DNA of 32,520 nt from assembly GCA_041492755.1 (NCBI GenBank), contig JBGPXN010000040.1, positions 1 to 32,520 on the forward strand, in the 5' to 3' direction. Both the position numbers and the translations under genes were made by a program. The stretch's first letter is position 1, and each line of letters starts with the position of its first letter. Shown here piece after piece: positions 26,554-32,520 of the stretch. Below the pieces are notes generated by a model. That model was given only the letters and a program-made list of their open reading frames with translations, searched no databases and was not told where the DNA came from. This DNA is from Candidatus Methylomirabilia bacterium. GTDB lineage: Bacteria > Methylomirabilota > Methylomirabilia > Rokubacteriales > CSP1-6.

Positions 26554-26579
26554 CACCCTCCGCTGCTCGGACATAGGAT
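26550..26579 (+). promoter_or_regulatory. Sigma70 promoter, probably giving a leaderless mRNA
   Basis: TTGACA-18-TAGGAT; ATG 8 nt downstream; no SD. Confidence 0.6.
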
Positions 26580-26587
26580 CGACGGCC

Positions 26588-27556
26588 ATGGCCCCGCTCG
26601 CGCTCACCCTGGCCTGCTTCGATTACGACCGCACGCGCGCGCTCAAGACCGGCGCGGTGCGGCCCGACGGTGTCGAGCTGAACGTCGTGAACCTGAGCCC
26701 GGAAGACATGTTCTACCGGATGGCGCGCTTCCGGGAGTTCGACGTCTCCGAGCTGTCGCTCTCGACCTACACCGTGCTGCGCGGGCGCGGCGAGCCGCTG
26801 GTGGCCATCCCGGTGTTTCCCTCGCGCATGTTCCGCCACTCGTCGATCTACGTGGGCGCGAACGCCGGCATCCGCGAGCCCCGCGATCTCGCCGGCAAGC
26901 GGGTGGGCATCCCGAAGTACCACATGACGGCGGCCGTCTGGATTCGCGGGATGCTCGAGGACGAGCACGGCGTGGCGCCCAAGGACATCCGGTGGTTCGA
27001 GGGCGGCGAAGGTGCCCGCGTGAAGGAAGTCGACATCACGTTCCCGCCGGAGCTGCCGCACGAGACGGTGCCGGGCAACCGCAATCTCGGCGACATGGTC
27101 GCCGCCGGCGAGCTCGACGCCTACATCGGTGCGCGGAAGCCGGCCGCCGTGGCCACCGGACGGGTGCGGCGGCTCTTCGAGGACTATCGTCGCGTCGAGC
27201 GCGCGTACTACCAGAAAACCGGCATCTTCCCGATCATGCACACCGTCGTGCTGCGCGAGGAGCTGGCGCGCCAGCATCGCTGGCTCCCGCGCGCCCTGTT
27301 CGACGCGTTCCTTGCGGCCAAGCGGCTCGCCTACCAGCACCTGAACGAGATGCCCGCGCTGCCGTACGCCCTGCCCTGGCTGATGGCGGAGACGGAAGAG
27401 ACGCAGGCGCTCATGGGCGACGATCCGTTCCCGTATGGCGTCGCGCGCAACCGCAAGACGCTCGAGACGCTGGCCGGGTACACGTTCCGCCAGGGGCTCG
27501 CCCCGCGGCGGCTGACCGTCGAAGAGATGTTCTGGGAGACGACGCTGGGGACGTAG
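26588..27556 (+). CDS. 4,5-dihydroxyphthalate decarboxylase-like / SBP-fold protein
   Basis: YDRTRAL..G.V, FDVSELSLS, PVFPSRMFRHS, TGIFPIMH and PYGV..NRKTLE motifs. Confidence 0.8.
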   Translation: MAPLALTLACFDYDRTRALKTGAVRPDGVELNVVNLSPEDMFYRMARFREFDVSELSLSTYTVLRGRGEPLVAIPVFPSRMFRHSSIYVGANAGIREPRDLAGKRVGIPKYHMTAAVWIRGMLEDEHGVAPKDIRWFEGGEGARVKEVDITFPPELPHETVPGNRNLGDMVAAGELDAYIGARKPAAVATGRVRRLFEDYRRVERAYYQKTGIFPIMHTVVLREELARQHRWLPRALFDAFLAAKRLAYQHLNEMPALPYALPWLMAETEETQALMGDDPFPYGVARNRKTLETLAGYTFRQGLAPRRLTVEEMFWETTLGT

Positions 27557-27567
27557 AGCGAGGCGCG

Positions 27568-28008
27568 CTACGTCCCGCCGCCGGCGAGCGGCCGCATCTC
27601 CGCGGGCTCGGACGTATCGGGATGTAGCGTCTTCGACACGATTCGCGTGGTGACTTCTTCCAGATATCCGGACAGCACCGCGTTGACCTCGTTGAACTCC
27701 GGCCAGAGCGTCTCGTCGACGAATCGCTTCGGCGCCTTCACCATAATCGTCTCGCGGTGCTGGCCGGGATAGCGGTAGGGCGACAGCTCGTAACGACGCA
27801 GGAGCGCCAGGAACAGGCGGCGCGCCCACGGATCGCGGATCGAGAACTTGTGCTCGATCGGCGGCGCCTCCCGCTGGAAGGTCCGGAGCCGCGCGAGGAT
27901 TCGCTCCCGCGCCGCCGCCGCGGCCGACTTCTCACCCGCGGTCGCCGCGCCGGCGAACAACGCTTCGATCCGCTCCAGCTTCTCGGCCAGCCGCGCTTCG
28001 TCCATCAT
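27568..28008 (-). CDS. Hypothetical protein
   Basis: EKLERIEALFAGAATAGE...DPWARRLFLALLRRY..PYRYPGQ; clean ORF co-oriented with the tct operon. Confidence 0.75.
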   Translation of the reverse strand: MMDEARLAEKLERIEALFAGAATAGEKSAAAAARERILARLRTFQREAPPIEHKFSIRDPWARRLFLALLRRYELSPYRYPGQHRETIMVKAPKRFVDETLWPEFNEVNAVLSGYLEEVTTRIVSKTLHPDTSEPAEMRPLAGGGT

Positions 28009-28017
28009 CAGCTTCGG

Positions 28018-30036
28018 TCAGCCTCCGTCGCCGAGCCACTCGAACAGTTGGCCCGGCGGGAACGGGACGCCCAGCGCGCGGGCGAAGATGCCGTAGACAA
28101 GCGCGAAGCACGCCAGCGCCAGGACGCCGCTGAGCACCCACCGCTCGCGCGCCGCGAGCTTCAGATAGAGGAAGGTCGTGACCAGCGTGGCGAGGGAGAA
28201 TCCGACCAGCCACAGCGCCACCCAGAACCCGGCGATCCAGCCACAGATCTCGCGACGCCGGCGCGCCGCCACATCGGCAGGCACGTCGGGACCGGCCTCG
28301 GCGACCGGATCCGCGACCGACGGCCGCCGACCGGTGATATCGCGCGCGAGCTGAAGGACCGCCAGCGCGAGCCCCGGGATCGCGATCGCCCAGGGGAAGA
28401 GTCCGGCGCGCACGTTGAAGCTGCGGCTCTGCCAGAGCGCCAGCGCGAACGCCGCGACGATCACGACGCTGAACGCCGTCGCGCCGTCGAGCTGCAGCCG
28501 CCGACGCGTCACGCGGGCGGCCGGCGGCGTGCGGCGCGCTACGGCCGGCGCGGTGGCCCGCCGGCGCCACTCGCTCAGGAACGGCCAGAGCAGACCGCCC
28601 ACGATGAGCGCGAGCAGCACGAGCACGCCAGGTCGCGCCAGCCAGCCCAGACCGTAGTTGTCGACGGAGAGGAACAGCTTGTTCTCCGCGAGCGGGCCGA
28701 GCACGAGACCCAGCAGCAACGGCGGACGCGGCCAGCCGAACTGCGCCATCACCCAGCCCAGCGCGCCGAACACGAGCACGACCAGCACGTCGGCGAACAC
28801 GTTCTTCTCGGCGAACGCGCCGACGGCGATCAGCACGAGGATGAACGGGGTCAGCAGCGTGCCGCGGATGCGCGTGATGCCCACAAGCTGCCGGAGAAAC
28901 AGGAAGCACAGGGCCACGGTGATCACGTTGGACACCACGATCGTCCAGACCATCGACAACGTGACCACGAGATGCCCGCGCGGAGGGGGCGTCAGCATCG
29001 CGGGCCCGGGCACGAGGCCCTGGATGAGGAACGCGCCCATGAGGATCGCCATGGTGACGCTCGCGGGAACGCCGAAGGCCACGGTGGTGACGAGGCTGCC
29101 GCCGAGGGTCGAGTTGTTGGCGGCGCCGGGGCCGAGCACACCTTCCACCGCGCCTTTGCCGAATCGCTCACGATTCGGCGAGCTCTGGACGGCGTGCGCG
29201 TACGCGAGCCACTGCGTGGTCGCCGCGCCCATGCCGGGAATGATGGCGACGAAGGTACCGATCGCGCTGCAGCGGAGCACGAGCTGCCAGTGGCGAAAGG
29301 TGTCGCGCACGCCCTGGCCGACGCCGCCGAGGCGGCCGACGTCGACCTTGGCGATGCTCGAGCCCTGCACGGCGAGATCGATCAGCTCGGGAATGGCGAA
29401 GAAGCCGATGGTCACCGGGACCAGGCCGATGCCGTCCCAGAGGAAAAGCTGGCCGAACGTGTAGCGCTGGATGCCGGACACCGGATCGAGTCCGATCGTC
29501 GCCAGCCACAGGCCGAGCGCCCCCGCCACGAGACCTTTCAAGAGCGCTTCGCCGCTCAGGGCCGCCACGAAGGTGATCCCGAGCAGCGCGAGCATGAAGA
29601 ACTCGGGCGAGCCGAACGTGAGCACGAGCGGGCGGACGATCGGGATGGCCGCGACCAGCACGAAGGCGCCGAAGACGGCGCCGATCAGCGAGCTCATGAT
29701 CGCCGCCCCGAGCGCGCGCCCGGCTTCGCCGTTCTTGGCCATGGGATGGCCGTCGACGATGGTCGACGCGGTCGTCGGCTCCCCCGGGATGCCGAACAGG
29801 ATGGAGGTGATGTCGCCCGTCGTGTTGGTGACCGCGGCCATCCCGAGCAGGAAGGCGAACGCCTCGACGGGCGACATCTTGAAGATGAAGGGCAGCATCA
29901 GCGCGAGCGTCGTGGGACCGCCGAGGCCGGGCAGGATGCCGACGGCGAAGCCGATGGCGATGCCGACGAGCATCAGACCGAAGGCGGGCCAGGTGAAGAC
30001 CTGGATCAGCCCGGCAAGGAACGCGTCGCCGAACCC
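28018..30036 (-). CDS. tctA: Tripartite tricarboxylate transporter permease, TctA fused to a TctB-like domain
   Basis: GILPGLG, ILFGIPGEP, GPGAANN and GLVPGP motifs, plus four further TMs after a basic linker; start codon unclear. Confidence 0.85.
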   Translation of the reverse strand, partial: GFGDAFLAGLIQVFTWPAFGLMLVGIAIGFAVGILPGLGGPTTLALMLPFIFKMSPVEAFAFLLGMAAVTNTTGDITSILFGIPGEPTTASTIVDGHPMAKNGEAGRALGAAIMSSLIGAVFGAFVLVAAIPIVRPLVLTFGSPEFFMLALLGITFVAALSGEALLKGLVAGALGLWLATIGLDPVSGIQRYTFGQLFLWDGIGLVPVTIGFFAIPELIDLAVQGSSIAKVDVGRLGGVGQGVRDTFRHWQLVLRCSAIGTFVAIIPGMGAATTQWLAYAHAVQSSPNRERFGKGAVEGVLGPGAANNSTLGGSLVTTVAFGVPASVTMAILMGAFLIQGLVPGPAMLTPPPRGHLVVTLSMVWTIVVSNVITVALCFLFLRQLVGITRIRGTLLTPFILVLIAVGAFAEKNVFADVLVVLVFGALGWVMAQFGWPRPPLLLGLVLGPLAENKLFLSVDNYGLGWLARPGVLVLLALIVGGLLWPFLSEWRRRATAPAVARRTPPAARVTRRRLQLDGATAFSVVIVAAFALALWQSRSFNVRAGLFPWAIAIPGLALAVLQLARDITGRRPSVADPVAEAGPDVPADVAARRRREICGWIAGFWVALWLVGFSLATLVTTFLYLKLAARERWVLSGVLALACFALVYGIFARALGVPFPPGQLFEWLGDGG

Positions 30037-30038
30037 GG

Positions 30039-31058
30039 CTATTTGAGGATGCCCTTGAGCCTGGCGCCGATGGCCGGGTCGAGCTTGAAGAGGTCCAGGA
30101 CGAGACGCTGCAGCTCCTCGCCGCCGATGGGATCGATGCCGAGGTTCGCGCGCTGGGCGTCCGCGACGAATTCCCCATCGCGCAATGTCGCCAGGAACGC
30201 CGTCCGCAACGCCTGCACGCGGTCGGCGGGCGTGCCCGGCGGCAACGCGTACACGCGACTGATCGCCGTGGGCACGACGATCGCCGCCTGGACGAGCTGC
30301 CGCGCTTCCTCGGTCTTCGCCACGCTCGTCACCAGCGGCACGTTCGGCAGTTCGGGCAGCGGCTTGAACGCGATCTGCAGCACGATCGTGGCGTCGCCGG
30401 CCTCGAGCGCCTTGCGCCACGTCACCTTGATCGACTCCCACTGCCAGCACGCCCCCGCGATCTCGCCGCCCTCCGCCGCCAGCCGGATCTCCGCAGTGCC
30501 CTTGTAGCCGCGCACGAGCTGGATCGGCAGGCCGCCCACCGCCTGCAGCACACCGCCCACGGTGTGCGTCGTGTCGCCGAGCCCGACGCTGCCGAGCTTC
30601 ACCGGCGTCTTGGCCGCGAGCCATTTGTCCAGACTCGTGATGCCACTCGCCCTGGTGAGCGCGCAGGCGGCCGTCTCGCGCGCCGGAACGCCGAGGTAAA
30701 AGAACTTGCGCGCATCGAACTCGATGCCTTCGCGCCCGATCACCTGCCCGACGATCTGGTTCGCGTGAAAGTTCACGATCGTGAGCCCATCCGGCTTCGC
30801 CACCCGGTAGGTGTGGTTGGCCGCGATGAGGCTGGCCGCCCCCGTCATGTTCTCGACGATGATCGCCGGATTGCCCGGGATGTGCCGGCTCAGGTGGCGC
30901 GCGATCGCCCGCGAATACGTGTCGTAGCCGCCTCCGGCGGAGAAGCCGACGATGATCCGGACCGTCTTGCCCTCGAAGAACTTCGACTGCGCGGGGGTGA
31001 CGACCGGCGCGGCCAGGGTCGCCGCGAGCGCGACGGCCATGACGAAACGGAAGTTCAT
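30039..31058 (-). CDS. tctC: Tripartite tricarboxylate transporter substrate-binding protein (TctC/Bug)
   Basis: IIVGFSAGGGYDTYSR, ENMTGA, AKPDGLT and GYKGTAEIRLA motifs. Confidence 0.9.
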   Translation of the reverse strand: MNFRFVMAVALAATLAAPVVTPAQSKFFEGKTVRIIVGFSAGGGYDTYSRAIARHLSRHIPGNPAIIVENMTGAASLIAANHTYRVAKPDGLTIVNFHANQIVGQVIGREGIEFDARKFFYLGVPARETAACALTRASGITSLDKWLAAKTPVKLGSVGLGDTTHTVGGVLQAVGGLPIQLVRGYKGTAEIRLAAEGGEIAGACWQWESIKVTWRKALEAGDATIVLQIAFKPLPELPNVPLVTSVAKTEEARQLVQAAIVVPTAISRVYALPPGTPADRVQALRTAFLATLRDGEFVADAQRANLGIDPIGGEELQRLVLDLFKLDPAIGARLKGILK

Positions 31059-31080
31059 CACGCGAGTGGCTCCTCTGGCG

Positions 31081-32124
31081 CTAATCAACGAGGACCGCCT
31101 TCAGCTTCGCCACGAGGGAGGGGTCGAGCTTGAAGAAGCCGTCCACGACCCGCTCGATGTCCTCTCCGGTGACCGGATCAACCTCCAGCTTGGTCCTCTC
31201 GGCGTCGACGAGGAACGCGGGATCGCGCAGGGTCTCCTGAAAGGCCTTGCGGAGGGTCTGCACGCGGTCCTTGGGCGTCGCCGGCGGCAGCGTGTACGCC
31301 CGCACGACCTGGTTGTCGCTGTGGATGGCGACCTCGATGAGCCGCCGCGCCTCCTCGGTCCGGGCCAACGCGATCGCGTTCGGCACGTTTGGCAGATCGC
31401 GATGCGGGCGGGGCGCCGCTTGCAAGATGACCTGCACCTCGCCGGCGTCGAGCCCCTTGCGCCAGGTCGACCGGACCGACCCCCAGCCCCAGCACGCGCC
31501 GGCAACCTCGCCGCCCTCGGCGGCCAGCCGGATCTCGGCGGTGCCCTTGTAGCCGGTGACGAGCTGCGTCGGCAGCCCGAGCGCCGCCTTGAGCGCGCGC
31601 GTCCCGTTGTCGGGCGTGGACGTGCCGGGCGCGACGCCGCCGAGCTTCACCGGCGCCGCCGACGCCGCCCACTTCTCGAGGCTGGTGATCCCGCTGGCCT
31701 TCGTGGTCGCGCACACGACGTGGTCGACCGTGGGCGCGCCGATGTACTCGAACTTCCGCGCGTCGAACTCGATGCCCTTCTGGCCCAGCACCTGGCCGAG
31801 CAGCAGCCCGCCGATGAAGTGGCCGATGGTGAGCCCGTCGGGCTTGGCGATCCTGTAGAGGTAGTTGGCGGAGATCAAGCTCCCCGCGCCCGGCATGTTG
31901 TCGACGACGATCGTCGGGATGCCGGGCAGGTGCCGGCCCAGGTGCCGCGCGATCGTTCGCGAGTACGTGTCGAACCCGCCGCCCGGCGAGAAGCCGACCA
32001 CGATGCGAACGATCTTGCCCTTGTAGAACGGCTCCTGGGCGGTCCCGACACCGCTCAGGACGCCGAGAGCCATTACCATACTCAGGACAACCGCCGCTAC
32101 TCGCCTTGTGCGTCGCACGTTCAT
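31081..32124 (-). CDS. tctC: Tripartite tricarboxylate transporter substrate-binding protein (TctC/Bug), paralog
   Basis: IVVGFSPGGGFDTYSR, NMPGAG and AKPDGLT motifs; SD gaggag. Confidence 0.9.
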   Translation of the reverse strand: MNVRRTRRVAAVVLSMVMALGVLSGVGTAQEPFYKGKIVRIVVGFSPGGGFDTYSRTIARHLGRHLPGIPTIVVDNMPGAGSLISANYLYRIAKPDGLTIGHFIGGLLLGQVLGQKGIEFDARKFEYIGAPTVDHVVCATTKASGITSLEKWAASAAPVKLGGVAPGTSTPDNGTRALKAALGLPTQLVTGYKGTAEIRLAAEGGEVAGACWGWGSVRSTWRKGLDAGEVQVILQAAPRPHRDLPNVPNAIALARTEEARRLIEVAIHSDNQVVRAYTLPPATPKDRVQTLRKAFQETLRDPAFLVDAERTKLEVDPVTGEDIERVVDGFFKLDPSLVAKLKAVLVD

Positions 32125-32379
32125 CCGCTCCTCTTCCCGGGGACGATCGCTCAGCCGGCGGTCGTGATTATAAGCGGGTGGATTGCCCGGATCGTGGTCG
32201 ATCGTGGCCGACTACGTGGGGCCGGAGGAGATTGCTGATGAGATTCAACAGGTAGAGAAACTTGTTGTCGCCGGACGTGGCGTGGGCCGGTCGATGCCTT
32301 CGTCAGGGTCACCGGCTCGGTCCACGAAAGCCCGGTCGCGCGGGCTCGCCCGTGCGGGAGCGGGTTGAGCGGCCCGCCA

Positions 32380-32520
32380 TTAACCCTTGACGGCACCCCT
32401 CGTCAGGCCCGCTGCCATGTAGCGGCGAAGCGCATAGAAGATCACAATCGGCGGCAACGAATAGATGATTGCGGTGGCCATCATGTAGTTCCAGGGCGCC
32501 TCGTCGCTGTTGAAGAACTG
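32380..32520 (-). CDS. Carbohydrate ABC permease, C-terminal part (5'-partial)
   Basis: QFFNSDEAPWNYMMATAIIYSLPPIVIFYALRRYMAAGLTRGAVKG*. Confidence 0.85.
   Translation of the reverse strand, partial: QFFNSDEAPWNYMMATAIIYSLPPIVIFYALRRYMAAGLTRGAVKG

Noticed and set aside
32183..32368. 61-aa ORF (ADYVGPEEIADEIQQVEK)
   Set aside because: Weak TTG start, no RBS and no recognisable family; the interval more likely holds the tct promoter (minus-strand TATAAT at 32167-32172).
1..32520. tRNA, rRNA or tmRNA genes
   Set aside because: No cloverleaf/T-loop signature or rRNA-like sequence was recognised by eye.

Overview
High-GC bacterial chromosomal segment. Gene content and repeat style suggest Candidatus Rokubacteria/Methylomirabilota (inference only). 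The backbone carries rnj-ftsK ... lolA-yajQ, a PEP-CTERM protein, a PHP hydrolase, a fused anthranilate synthase trpE(G) under a complete Trp-leader attenuator, a CUT1 ABC-amidohydrolase-M20 catabolic operon and a TTT (tctC-tctC-tctA/B) operon. The standout is a ~3.56 kb AT-richer element (17420-20984) bounded by 20-bp terminal inverted repeats. It encodes an IS1-like DDE transposase at one end and a small basic accessory gene at the other. Its cargo is a four-gene operon: frameshifted HigB toxin, HigA-HTH fused to an ImmA/IrrE-type metallopeptidase, a 154-aa protein I cannot assign, and an uncalled 46-aa protein. Also seen: two sigma54 promoters (one with tandem activator sites and an IHF-like box), REP-like GC hairpin elements, recurrent leaderless promoter architecture, a non-canonical M20 enzyme and several gene remnants. 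All calls come from reading motifs by eye; no database searches were run.
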